From Phyllosticta citribraziliensis (lineage: Eukaryota), in NCBI RefSeq assembly GCF_038025025.1, contig NW_027117338.1, positions 1,550,001 through 1,614,000 of the forward strand: a DNA stretch of 64,000 bases. Reading direction: 5' to 3'. The position numbers were made by a program, and so were the translations under genes. Shown in pieces: positions 24,005 to 36,400 of the stretch (the first letter of the stretch is position 1; every line of letters begins with the position of its first letter). The notes below the pieces were generated by a model. The model was not told the DNA's origin, searched no databases, and saw only the letters and a list, made by a program, of their open reading frames with translations.

Positions 24005-25026
24005 TCAATGTGATCCAAGCTCGACCTTCGGCTCATTCGCAGGCATCTCGTAAATTTCGCGACCGCGAAGCTCCGAGATAGCAGGAGAAAACATGGGCTC
24101 CTCCGGAGAGACAATGAAGGGAGATATGATGGGCGATTCTGGCCTTGGGCAGCTCTTCTCTTCCGGAATTCGCGTTGGCGCAGTGTCCGATTCTATGCTG
24201 GCCCTCGGTTTGGCCGCCGAGGACTTGCGTTTTCTGTCAACGGCGACTCCAATCGCGGCTCCTGCGACAAGCAGGATGGGAATTCCGAGGCCGAGCCCCA
24301 TGCCGAGCCTGAAGCTCAACTGCTTCGATTCCGTGGTGGATGTGTCTGTTCCATTGGCAATTCCCGTTGCCGTTGGTGCGCTACTAGAAAGAGTATGGAG
24401 GGCCGCAGTCGTTGGCTCCGAAGCCCCATCGTCGATACTGCTTGTGGCCGTGCTGAGCGTCGTTCCAGTCGGGAAGCTTGCGATACTGTCAAGAGACGTG
24501 CTGGGTGCAGTAGCTGGTGACGTCAGAGAAGACTCGGGAGACGTGCTTGTGGTCGTCGGAGAAGTCGAGGTCGAACCATCGGTGATGTTAAAGAAGTGGG
24601 ATGCGAACATTGGCTCTGAAGCATTGTGTGTGTTGATCCAGAAGCAAAAAATTGGCGAGCGTCCCAGGGTGTCGTCATCCACGTCCACTATCCACTGCTT
24701 TTTGCCGTCTCCTGCGGCAGCATCATAAGCTAGGTATGTCAGTCCTCGACAAAGAAAATGCCTTGGTGCGTGGGGGACGCACAAGCTATCCGAGAGATCG
24801 TTTTGACAATGAGAGTGTCAGGATTTAGCTGCCACAACTCGAGGTCGTATGTGTCATAGGTTGTCGACCATGTTATCAGCATGGAATCTCCAGTAAAGAC
24901 GAGTGGGTTGGTGGAATAGTTGTAAGTGAAGGCTTCGGGTCCGGGCTGGCTGAAGTAATTCTCATCATCGGCGAACGCGTTGCGCGCCAGTGCGACGAGA
25001 ATCAAGCAGAGGTAGGCGAGCCACAT
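24005..25026 (-). CDS. Signal peptide + S/T-rich + single TM protein, paralogue of 10558..11396
   Basis: MWLAYLCLILVALARNAFADDENYFSQP...YSTNP...ITWSTTYDTY; intron ~24732-24783; SHFFNITDG, S/T-rich, TM LGMGLGLGIPILLVAGAAIGVAV. Confidence 0.75.
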
Positions 25027-25709
25027 GGCTGCGGCAAGTCGTCGGTCGTAGACACACAGGCGAATGGTGATGGTGGTCGCAGACTTAGGCCGAAGGATGG
25101 AGAAAACAATGAGGCGAAAACCCAGGCGATTGAGCAAACGCCCAGCGGTGGCGGTCAAGTTTGCTCCGGCGGAAAAGGTGCCTTCCTTCCCACGGCACAA
25201 CCTCTTGCGCGGGCGCCGACTCGAATTTCGAATTCCCAGCGCAGCTCCACAACCGGCTATCCGCCCCACTCTCTTCGCGACAGGTCACCCGTCACCGCAT
25301 CATGGAACCTCTCGATCCTGGCGAAACGAAGTTGTAACTTCAAAGTATTAACATCTGCCTCCGTAGTAGCTTCGCGCCCTGGACGGGAGAGGTGGGTCAA
25401 TCCCGTCACCCCTGGTTCTCGCCAAGCCACATGAACTTCCTGAAATGGTTAGCTCTCAGGAGCAAAGTCCACTCCTCGACGAAATCACAGCCAAAAGGTA
25501 CCGCAGAGATGAAACAACCACTGATCTGTTTCCAATGCCTCGAAAGGAAGACGGTTCACGAGGGACTGCCATGCTGTCAGCATCCACAAGCCTAAACAGT
25601 GAAATTGTAGAGAAACTGCAAATCAATTTTCTATAGTCTACTTGTGCCGTGTCGAGCTGTGGGGCCGCCACTATCCAACGGTCCAATGGCCCTTCTAGTC
25701 TGGTGATAT

Positions 25710-27326
25710 CTAAACCTGAACGTGCTGACCGTCGCCTACGGGACGGGACTCCGGAGTGGGCTTCTGCTGCACGGGGACAACCCTCTCACCACGGTGCTTC
25801 TTGACGATGCGCTCAATCGAGTCCATGCCCAGCTTGAGAGTCTCCATGCGAGGGCCATATGACAAACGGACGAAGTGGTGGCAAGGCGAGTCAAAGAGGT
25901 CACGACGCTTGGCCGGGTTGAGGTCGAAGAAGATGCCAGGCACGACGATGACCTTCTCCTTCAGACACTCGTTGAAGAAGTTGAGACCATCGTTGATGGT
26001 CTCGGGGAGAGCAGAGAGGTCCAGCCAGAGGTAGAAGGTGGAGTTGGGGACGTCTTCATCCGGGATGCGGAAGCCCATGGTGCGAAGGCGACCAATGACA
26101 TAGTCACGCTTCATCCTGAAATGAGTCTGCAGAGCGCGCATCTCGTTTTGCACCTTGTTGGGCTCGAGCATGGCAATGGCCGCCTCCTGGAAGGGAACGT
26201 TGGTACCACCGTCGAGGTAAGAGCCACAAGAGCCAATAGCCTTGATGAACTCCTTGGGACCAACGATCCAGGCCACACGCCAGCCGGGAAGACGGAAGCG
26301 CTTGGTCAAACCGTCGATGATCAGGACGTCGTCCTCGTCAACGTCGACGACGTTGTCGGCCGCAGAGATGACAGTGCCATCGCAGTTGGTCGTGTAGTTG
26401 TAACCACCTGCGCGATTAATTAGACTCGTTCAGGAGAAGGGGCTTGCCCTACGCAGGACTACTCGGTCCAAGTGTGCCGTTTCGGGAATGCTCGGAGGGC
26501 GGTGAACTTACAATAGAACTCGTCCATGATCAGCGTCGCACGGTTACGGCAGATGTCCTGGATCTGCGCGAGCTCCGGGTTGGTAATGACCTGGCCAGTC
26601 GGGTTGCGAGGATTTGAGGTGAGAATGACCGAAGTTCCACGCGCGATTTCCTCTGCAATCTTCTCTGGGTGGATGTGGTAGCCGTCGTCATGGCTGAGAG
26701 GGATAGGAATAGAGGAAAAGTTCTTGAAGAGAGACAACATCTCGTTGTATGCCGTGTAGTCGGGAATGAAGAAGGAAAGGTAGCTGTTGCCCAGGACTGC
26801 AGCAATGCGGATGAGGCCTGCGCGTCCACCAGGAACAATGCAGACGTTTTCCCAGGTGTACTTGCTGCCCCTGTCCTTCCGGTGGTGTTCGTTGTAGAGG
26901 TTGGCGACGGCTTCGCGCAAAGGCCTGATACCGGCCGTGGGACCATATTCACGCCCAGTCAAGGAGATGTCGACGGTCTGGGGGCGCTCAAAGCAGCCTT
27001 CAATCTCGTCGTCGACTTCGGGAGCACCCTGACCCAGGTTGGCCCACGACGTGGGGTCTTCGAGGTAGCCATGCTCGTAAGCTCGCTCCGAGGTCCAGAC
27101 GACACCGGTGGAGGCGCGGGTGGCATCGAGTCCGGCGTGGGTCTTGTGGCCGGCGTGGGAGGCACGGAATTGACGATGGGCAATCGAGTTCGCCTCTGTG
27201 AGTCAATTAGAATTTCAAGACTTGGAGGGTGGGGTGGTGAAGGCTACCAGACTCGGTCTTGCTGGTGGAGAAGCGACGGTCACGGCCAAAAGCCGTGGAG
27301 CTCAGTCTGCGGTGTGCGGGAGCCAT
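25710..27326 (-). CDS. PLP-dependent aminotransferase class I/II, 3 exons
   Basis: WANLGQGAPE, YGPTAGIRPLREAVA, SNPRNPTG, IMDEFY, DGLTKRFRLPGWRVAW (PLP lysine), VRLSY. Confidence 0.9.
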
Positions 27327-27942
27327 TTTTGCAAGGTTGAAGAGGGAGGAAGGGGTGGAGAAGTTCAACAGGCCGCAGAGGCGCAGTTTTTAAAGCAAAC
27401 GGGTTGAGGCACACGGACAGGTTAAACAGGGCACCGGCACGCGGCATCAGCCACCGGCACACAGGGCGGCGAAAGCTTGATAGAGCTTTGTGGAGCTTGG
27501 CCGGAGCAGTCTTCAGCTTTGGCTGCAGGCTCCTGAAGATCGCTGGCCAGCGCGAATGATTGTTTCATGGTGAACAGAGGCTGAGCCGTTGTTGCAGGGC
27601 CGTGGGCTTCGACGGGGGCAATTCGGCGGGCCATCGACTCGGGCCTGACGTTTAGGGCCTAGGTTGAGCAAAACAAGAGAAAATCCGGAGTCATCTCTGG
27701 GGTCGATACGGGCCTTTACAGGTCGAGCGGCGAGGAGCGTGGGGTGGGGAGCGGAAAAGATGACGAGTCGGAAGCAGGCAGCGGGTGCTTTTATCGCTCA
27801 GCTCCACCGGCGTAACGTCAGAGAAATGCCGTTTCAAACGAGCAAGCCGAAGGTGCGGATTCCGTCGGATGGACACAGGGCATGACGCGACGGCGAGGCG
27901 AGGCGAGGCGGATAATTATGCGAAGGAGAAGCACAGAAGGGG

Positions 27943-27972
27943 AAAAAAAAAAAAAAAAAAAAAGAAAAAAAA
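27943..27972. repeat. poly(A) tract (~30 nt, one G interruption) in the divergent aminotransferase/MPG1 intergenic region
   Basis: Read directly. Confidence 0.9.
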
Positions 27973-29013
27973 GTCAAAACACCAGGCCATCGACTGTCAG
28001 GCTTCCCTGGAGCTGGAGAAGCCTTGGCACCCATCCCACGTGTGTGGTAAGGGCAAGGTAGAGCGGGAGATCACCGCACTCGTCTATCTGCTGGTCATTC
28101 GATATCTCCAGCCTCAGTCCACTCCTCCCGTCTGGTGTTATATAAAGGGCATGCATGCACTGCAGCTGCAGCCTCGGGCTGATGATATGGCCCCAGTCGC
28201 GCCTCTCGCCTCTCTGTCGCTGTCTTGACACACGATTATGTGCCGCCCAAAAACCAAAAGACAGCAAGGCTGATGGTGTCGTCTCCCCCGCACGCAGCCT
28301 GACACCACCTCTCCAGACCATGCCGTGTCACCCTCTGCCAGTTTTGGACGTGTTGTTCAAGGGAGCTGAGTCCAGGGGCCACCACAGCCAGCGAATCGGG
28401 AGCCCCGCGGCACCTCTTCCGCGCAGCCCTTGCTCGCTCGTGTACCACAGCTTGGAGACGAGTGGCCACATGATGCGCGAGCCTGCGCCGAGTCCTGGGT
28501 ACGAGTTTTGAAAAAGTGTCCGCACCGGTCGGTAGTGACAGCCGGAGGGGCTGCGCGACGTTGTTGTCATCGCCTGTCAGCAGAGTTGACAAGCTGCACA
28601 GGATGAGCTAGCGGATTAGTCGTGATGTTATCGTCGAGGTCGTCAGCGTCGTGGCGCGGCCGCGGTCGTGGTTGTGGAGGTGGTGGTGGGCGTGTCGGTG
28701 GTGCGCGTCGAGGCCGACAGGGATGCTTCAGGGCGCCGTCGTCGGTGGCTCCACCACGGCTTGCCGCTCTCCAGGTGTCCTTTCCTTTTATTGTCCCCGT
28801 CATTGCGACCTCGTACCTTGCCTGCCCATCTCCTTGCGCCCACACCTTCTCTCAACAACAACAACGCCCAAATACTTCACCCCACCACTCTCTCACTCCT
28901 TCAACGCCCCCGACTTCCTCGCTGCCGCGCACCGCTCGCTCGCTCGCTCGCTCCAGTCCAATTCAATCTTCGCTACTACTCACGCCTCCGTCTCCTGAAC
29001 ACCGCGCACCATC

Positions 29014-30352
29014 ATGAAGGGTGGGTCGCATCCAAGCCTTGCGCTCTTGTTCAATCCACGGCCTGTGCTAACTTTTGTTTCTACCTCTAGCCCTCATTCT
29101 CGTCGGTGGCTTTGGCACTCGCCTGCGCCCTCTCGTACGTCTCCTGGACCGGGCCCCGCTGCCGCAATGCGCCAATTGACCCTTTTCTGCGCAGACTCTC
29201 ACGTTGCCGAAACCGCTGGTCGAGTTCGCCAACAAGCCCATGATCCTGCACCAGGTCGAGGCCCTGGCTGCTGCTGGCGTCACTGACATCGTCCTCGCCG
29301 TCAACTACCGCCCGGAGATTATGACGGCCGCGTTGAAAAAGGTCAGCCCTACAACCCCGCGCCCCACCTGTTCGCACATCCAAGTCCTGACTTCCACTAG
29401 TATGAGGAACAGTACAACGTTCGCATAGAATTCTCCGTCGAGAACGAGCCCCTCGGTACGGCCGGTCCCTTGAAGCTTGCCGAAAAGATTCTCGGCAAGG
29501 ACGACTCGCCCTTCTTCGTCCTCAACTCGGACGTTATTTGCGAATACCCTTTCAAGCAGCTCGCCGAATTCCACAAGGGCCACGGAGAGGAGGGCACCAT
29601 TGTCGTCACAAAGGTCGAGGAGCCATCCAAGTACGGTGTCGTCGTCCACAAGCCTGGCCACCCCTCGCGCATCGACCGCTTCGTCGAGAAGCCCGTCGAG
29701 TTTGTGGGCAACCGCATCAACGCCGGTCTTTACATCCTCAATCCCTCGGTGCTGAACCGCATTGAGCTTCGCCCAACTTCGATTGAACAAGAAATCTTCC
29801 CGGCAATTTGCAAGGACGGCCAACTGCACTCATACGACCTTGACGGCTTCTGGATGGACGTTGGTCAACCCAAGGACTTTTTGTCCGGCACCTGCCTCTA
29901 CCTCTCTTCGCTCGCCAAGAAGGCTTCCAAGGAGCTCACCCCCTCTTCGGAGCCCTTCGTCTACGGCGGCAATGTGCTCATCGACCCCTCGGCTAAGATT
30001 GGCAAGAACTGTCGCATAGGCCCCAACGTGACCATTGGTCCCAATGTCGTCGTCGGTGATGGTGTGCGACTGCAGCGCTGTGTGCTTCTGGCAAGCAGCA
30101 AGGTCAAGGACCACGCGTGGATCAAGTCGACCATTGTTGGCTGGAACAGCTCGGTGGGCAAGTGGGCGCGGTTGGAGAACGTGACCGTCTTGGGCGACGA
30201 CGTGTCGATTGGTGACGAAATTTACGTCAACGGCGGTTCCATTCTGCCGCACAAGTCGATCAAGCAGAATGTGGACGGTAAGATCTCACCTGCTTCAATT
30301 CAACAGGACACACTGACTAATCTGATTCACAGTCCCCGCTATCATCATGTAA
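29014..30352 (+). CDS. PSA1: Mannose-1-phosphate guanylyltransferase (GDP-mannose pyrophosphorylase), 5 exons
   Basis: Spliced [62 protein letters not shown]-terminal hexapeptide repeats, ends VPAIIM*. Confidence 0.96.
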
Positions 30353-31610
30353 AAAGTCGTTCCCTCCATGTCTTACCATTGGCGCCGGCAACGAAACCGC
30401 CCGACTTGATTCCCCGTTTCCGCGGTCTCACCCCGGTCGTCACTTTTTCTAGTACCTTTAATACCTTCGCATCATCTCCACTTTTGGGTTTTTCGCAGGG
30501 AGGTATTCACATTGTCCTTCTTGCTGCGGCTCGGCCTCTTTTTTCTCTCTCCCACTTTTTGAGCATCATGGCCGCTGTCCGCATTTTCCCCCCACTCTTT
30601 TCTTCCTCTCTTAGATTTGAACGTGGTTTGATGACTGAGCCGAATCTGACACACACTCATGACATGGGTCCTTTTTTGCCGTCGTGTCCCCAACTTTTTG
30701 TTTTGCGTCACTTTTTTCTCTTTCCTTTTCCTGCGTCGAACAAAAAAGCATGAATACTTTGGTTGAGCGTGTTGGCTTGTTGGCCGACTACTGAGTGTAG
30801 TTTTAGGTGGTGGGACGGATGAGTCGTTGACAATCCATTGTTTACAGAATTGTTGATTGTGAGCTGGGTTCAGTTGAGACTGGACCCGGCCACATGGCTT
30901 CATACAAGCAACGTAGATGTGGCGAGATGAGGCGATTGGAATGGATGCTTCCTTCTCGCTGCCTTGGTCTTCCCGAGGCAAACATATGCATCAATGCACA
31001 AACCAAGCAAACACATCCAATTGTCTTGGATCTCTTGTCTAAACTGAATTGCTTGTCCGTGTACATACACGTTCCTATAGTGCATTGTAAAGTCTTCCAC
31101 CATAATTGCGTGGTCGTACAAGGATACTGCTTGGTAGCTACGTGGAATGCAAAACGCGTACACAAACCACCTGGAATCCTGGAATGAACAAGCACAGGGC
31201 GTTGCAGGTACCGAGTGGAAAGTCACAATCTCTGGTTGTTCTTTTGATCCATCTATCTCGTCTGCCTGTCACTTCAGTCTTTTTTGGGTAGTGCCGTCTG
31301 ATTACTTCAGGGAGAAACAAAGGGAAAACGCGAAGACGAGAAAGGGGGTAATCCAAGTCCGAAAACAAAAGCAACTCCGCCGTCCATTCAATGCTCCACG
31401 TTTTTGGCCGTCTGGCGGGTGGATGAAAGCTCAATGTGCTTTTGCCATTCTGGCCCTTGCCCGTGGTCGTTCTATGAGCCTCGTAGTAGTCCAAGATGCA
31501 AGATGCGCTTTTCTTTCCACCTCCAGGTGCCTAGCAGAACCACATCGCCTGCGTAGTGTTTGTAGTCGTCGAGCAGCGCCGCAGCGTCTGCCAATCCGTT
31601 ATCCACTCAC

Positions 31611-32792
31611 TCAGTCTTCGAAGCGAATGCCGTTGAAGGCGTTGGTGTCGATCTGGCCGCCGCGGTAACTACCGCGCTTGCCCTTGTTCTTCTCTTTGGT
31701 GAAGCCCTTGCCCTTGGTGACGATGAGGCGCTCGTGCGCCGAGTTTGCGTAGTCGTACGGCACGTACTTGTTGCTGGAGAACTTGGGGTCGACGAACTGG
31801 TCCTTGGGGATGCGGCTGAAGGGCTCGTTTTGCGCCTTGCGTGCGCGCTTGGCGCTGCTGGGGCCGTCTTCGGAGTCGTTGGGGGACGACGAGGAGGGCT
31901 CTGGGGACGACGAGGCTTTGCGCTTCTTGGAGGCGGTCGCGGGCTTGGGGGAGGCTGAGAGCGTCGCGCTGGAGCCGGAGCTCGCGTCGGAGGAGTCCTC
32001 TTTGATGGCCTTCTTCTTGGACGCGGTCTTCTTCTTGCTCTTCTTGTCCTCGGAGGAAGACGAGGAGGATGAGCTAGAGCTTGAATCAGAGCTGTCGCTG
32101 TCGCTGTCCGACGAGTCGTCCTTTTCAGATGCCTTCTTGTCCGAGTCCGAGTCTGAGTCCGAATCGCTGTCACTGCTGTCGCTGTCGGATCCGCCCTTTT
32201 CGCTGGCGGACGAGTTTGAGGAGGAGCTGTCAGAGCTGTTGGAGGACGAGGATTTGGCGCTGGCTTTGCTGCTAGCCGAGGAGCTGCTAGAAGAGCTGCT
32301 AGAGCTGCTAGAGCTGCTAGAGCTGGCTGCCGAGGCTTCGGATTCGGCGTCGGAGTCTGAAGAGTCGCTGTCGCTAGAGTCGGAGTCGCTGTCACTGGAA
32401 TCGGAGTCGCTGGAGTCGCTGTCGCTCTTGGGCTTTTCCTCCTTCTTTGCCTTTTTCTTGGGCGGCTCCTTCTCGTCCTCGCTGTCCGAGTCGCTATCGC
32501 TGTCGCTCTCACTTTCGCTTTCGCTCGTGTCTTTGTCACTCTCGCTGTCGCTGCTCTCACTGGTGGCTTCCTTGTCGGATTTCTTCTCCTCCCACTTCTC
32601 GACGAGCTCAGTGAGGGCAGGCTTGTCCTTGGCCGTGTCCTTCCAGCCCTCTACGTCGGCATTGGCGTCCTTCTCGAGCTGCCGGGCCGCCTTGTCGAAA
32701 CCGTGGGTCCGCAGAAATTTGTCGACGAGGTCGAGGACGGCGGCCGGGGCCTTGGGGGTGGCCTCGGGCTTGGGGGCCTTGGTCTTTGCCAT
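31611..32792 (-). CDS. SRP40: Nucleolar Ser/Asp-rich phosphoprotein Srp40/Nopp140
   Basis: LisH-like N-terminus (LVDKFLRTHGFDKAARQL), SD/SS repeats, C-terminal SRP40_C signature LIVTKGKGFTKEKNKGKRGSYRGGQID. Confidence 0.92.
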   Translation of the reverse strand: MAKTKAPKPEATPKAPAAVLDLVDKFLRTHGFDKAARQLEKDANADVEGWKDTAKDKPALTELVEKWEEKKSDKEATSESSDSESDKDTSESESESDSDSDSDSEDEKEPPKKKAKKEEKPKSDSDSSDSDSSDSDSDSSDSDSSDSDAESEASAASSSSSSSSSSSSSSSSASSKASAKSSSSNSSDSSSSNSSASEKGGSDSDSSDSDSDSDSDSDKKASEKDDSSDSDSDSSDSSSSSSSSSSSEDKKSKKKTASKKKAIKEDSSDASSGSSATLSASPKPATASKKRKASSSPEPSSSSPNDSEDGPSSAKRARKAQNEPFSRIPKDQFVDPKFSSNKYVPYDYANSAHERLIVTKGKGFTKEKNKGKRGSYRGGQIDTNAFNGIRFED

Positions 32793-33412
32793 GGTGATGA
32801 TGACGAGAGTAGAGAGAGGTGGAGGAGAGTCGTGGGGTGGGGAGAGATGGATAGAACAATGACTGCGTGCGTGCGTGTGTTGAGGAGTGTCCAAAATTTC
32901 GACCAGGGATCGGCGTGCCAAGATTCACGCGCCGAGAGAGAGGCCGACCGGGAGCAACCCGGAGCTGAGCTGAGCCGGGCCATGGACGGAGGGACGGGGA
33001 CGGACAGCCAGCCAGACCTGACGGGAGCCAGGGCACCAGGGCACCAGGGCACCCACCTGCTCTCCTCAGACTTCGGCGGAGCTGTCTCTCCACGACTGAG
33101 ACACGCCGCATCCAGAGCCGCCGCCTGCTTTGACAGAACCTGTCACACTCGCCCGTCCCACAACCTCCCGACCTCCTCATCCTCCTCCATACCTCTCCCA
33201 ACGTCCGCTGCTGGCCCCGTCCGCCCCCGTTCCCCGCGCCCACCGCAATTGCCAGCGAAGCCACCGCTCCCGTTTCACCTCACCCTCGATCTCCAACGTC
33301 GCCGTCTGCGGATGATGACCGTTGCGCCCTGCGTTCCTTTCACGCCGCGCTCACAGGACCGTGTCTCGATTCACCCTTGAGCTCTCCCTGATATCCGTGA
33401 CCAACTTCGGCC

Positions 33413-36400
33413 ATGAACGGCTCCTACGACCGCCAGCAGAGCCAGGATGGAAGGGCGCCGCGCTCCGCCTCAGCTGCACCCACCAGCGGCAGTGGACGAG
33501 CCGAAAAGTACGAGGATGAAAAGCGGAGGATAATTGAAAGCTGCTTCTCCAAAATGGACACCAACGGAGCCTGTATGCGGCACGAGGCCGACCCTTGCCC
33601 GCTGGACCTGCATGCGCTGACTGCTACAGTATCCGAGTCGTACATTACCCATCTGCGCGTCACTGAAGATGCTGCATACCCGCAATCGCCGCCTCCGCCG
33701 ACCTCCAACCCGAACAACAAGAAGCCCCGTGTCATCATCGTCGCTGTGCGTAGCTCCGGGCGGGTCAGAATGCACAAGGCTCGCGAAAACTCCAACGGCA
33801 CATTTTCGATTGGCAAGACATGGAACATGGAGGACCTGACGGCCATCGAGTCGTTTGCCAATGCGATGCCAAAGGATTCAGAGGAAGCTCAGAGGAAGGA
33901 TTGGGCTGGTCCGACGGGTTTCATCGTCACCCTGGCAAAGCCGTACTACTGGCAGGCAAACTCGCCAAAAGAAAAGGACTTTTTCATTAACAGTCTCGTC
34001 AAAATCTACGGCAAGTACACGTCTGGTAAAGTGCCGCGAATGCTTGGATTTACCCAGAGAGAGTTGGACTTGATGGCTCGCCCGCCTGCGAAACCAGCAG
34101 CGCCATCCAGCCAGAGCGTACCTCCTGCTCCTATTCCAAAAGCCCCGTCCAGTCCGAGCTCGCGGCCACCTCCTTCAAGGTCTGCGGAATCCCCTGGGCG
34201 AGTGGTTGCTGCTCCACCGAGAGATCGATCCAGAGATTCTCCGCGCCGGCGACCCGTGGCAGCAGGTCGGGAGAGCTCAGAGGCCCGCCGGAGAGACCCC
34301 TCGCAGGACTCTGCCGAGCCAGGACTGCCACCGCCTTTGCAACCGCGAAGCCGCCCTGGCACGTCAGACGATAGAGCGTCTTCACAATCAAGACCACCCC
34401 CCTCACGAAGTGGAGAGACTGCGCCAGGCGTTCCGCCTAGTTGGGAAGCTCGCCAGTTGAGATCACAGGCATCAGGAGAGAGAGTTGCAACGAGGGGCGC
34501 GAGTGGGGACCAGATGCGTCCTAGACCAAGCCAGGAACAGTTCAGACCGTCTCCTGGTCCTCCGCCGTCGCTGTCGTCTTCTGCTCGCCTCACCCCGCAG
34601 TCCTCCCAATCCGAATTTTCCCAAATGCAGTCATCGCCCGATCCGCCACCAACGCGGCCACAAATCTCTATCCCGGTGCAAAGTCCAGCAAGACGTGGCT
34701 TCCCCAAGGCTCCTCTTGATCCTTACTCAAAATCGACAACACCCATTGACCCTCCGCCCAAATCTCCCGCCAAGAAGTCCTTCGACAGCAGCCTTGGCGC
34801 CTACGGCAGTCCAGCCGAGTCTGCCGTACCAAGTCCTTCTAAGCTTGGCCTGAATGGTAACCGACGAGATCAGACTCCACAAGGATTGCGGCCGGGTACC
34901 TCTCAGAGCAATCTTTCCAGAAAGGATGAAGCGGCGGACGAGCCTCTGAAGGCACCACCGCCAGAGCGCAAGAGACCTCCAATATTACCAGCTGTATCGA
35001 CCGGTAGTACCGCGGATGCTCCTCCAAAGTCACCTCGTTTTGGCGATATCCCGCCTCCTCTCAAGTCACCTCGAGCCCCACCTTCACCCATCGTCAAGCC
35101 CAGCCCAGTCCTGGCGCCACAGGCTATGCCGGGATCCTTTATGCCTTCGGACACGGAAAAGAGCACGCCGGAACTCATGGCCAAAAAATCCATTCCAGAG
35201 ATGCCGCCAGCCAAGATAGAGCCGGAAGAGCCCAAGGCTGAGGAAACGACTCCTCAACAAGAACTAAGTCCGGAGGCAGCTCCATCGGCCGAGCCAAGCC
35301 TAGAGTCTCCACAGCGCAAGAGCGATGATTCCGAGGAGGCGAAACCGGCGGGTGGCAACATGCTAATGAAAAAGAAGCTTGCATCGGCTGGCTCAGACGG
35401 CAAGCCGAAGATGGCAGACGTTTTGCGGCGTGCTGCCAATGCTTATGGAGCGTTCAAACCACGTGCGGGTGGTGCTGCGGAAAAGTTCAAGGCTGCGCTC
35501 GCCGACGCACCATCCGAACAGAAACCAGACGGCATAACTGGAGTTTTCAATGCGCCATCGCTTAACAGAACTGGGACGGATGACAGCATCAGGGCTGAAA
35601 CACCAAAGTCGGGTGAGCCAGAGGCCAAGGATGACGTCAAGAGTCCCGATCAGGACATCTCGTCACCGTCGCCTGCGCAGATTCCGGAGCTGCAAATCTC
35701 TGCTCCCAATGCAGCTGCCAAAGCATACCAAGAGTCGGACTCTCGGCGTGCGTCAAGTCCTGATACTAAGCGTGGGAAATCGCCAGAAGACCTCCGTCGC
35801 GCGAGGCGCCGGTCCAATCAACAAGCCAAATATCTTACATCCCTTGGAGTGGACGTGGGCGTTCTCGACACCCGAGGCCTCGAAGTCGAGTCAATTCTTT
35901 CAGACTTTGGATGGGGTAGCACTGGTCTTCAGCCAAAGAAGCTCGAGGCTTTTGAAGCCGAGCTCAAGCGCGAAGTCGCTCGCGTCGAGGCAGGCGCCTG
36001 GCTCAGCAACCAAGACACTGACTATGACAAAGTCGAAGTGGTAGCCACCATGATGGATAGGGTCATTGCAGAATGTGATGAGCTTGAGGGTCTACTGACG
36101 CTCTACAATGTGGAGCTGAGCAGCTTGAACGACGACATTGCGTTTATCGAGGCACAGAGTCAGGGTCTCCAAGTTCAGACTGCCAACCAAAAGATTCTTC
36201 AAGCAGAGCTCGAGAAACTCGTCTCGACAATCTCCATCGACAAGCGTCAGCTGGAACCTCTGCGCGGCGCTGGAATCGGCAAGGCAGAAGGTCTTGAGGC
36301 CATTGAACGTGCGCTGTTGCTGTTGTACAAGGCCATGGTGACGATTGACCCTGCGATTCGCCGTGGTGTGGAGATTGGCGAGAAGATGGGCGGTATGGGA

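Noticed and set aside
31768..32862. 364-aa L/S/E-rich plus-strand ORF and the 317-aa alternative-frame ORF at 31607
   Set aside because: Shadows of the low-complexity SRP40 repeats
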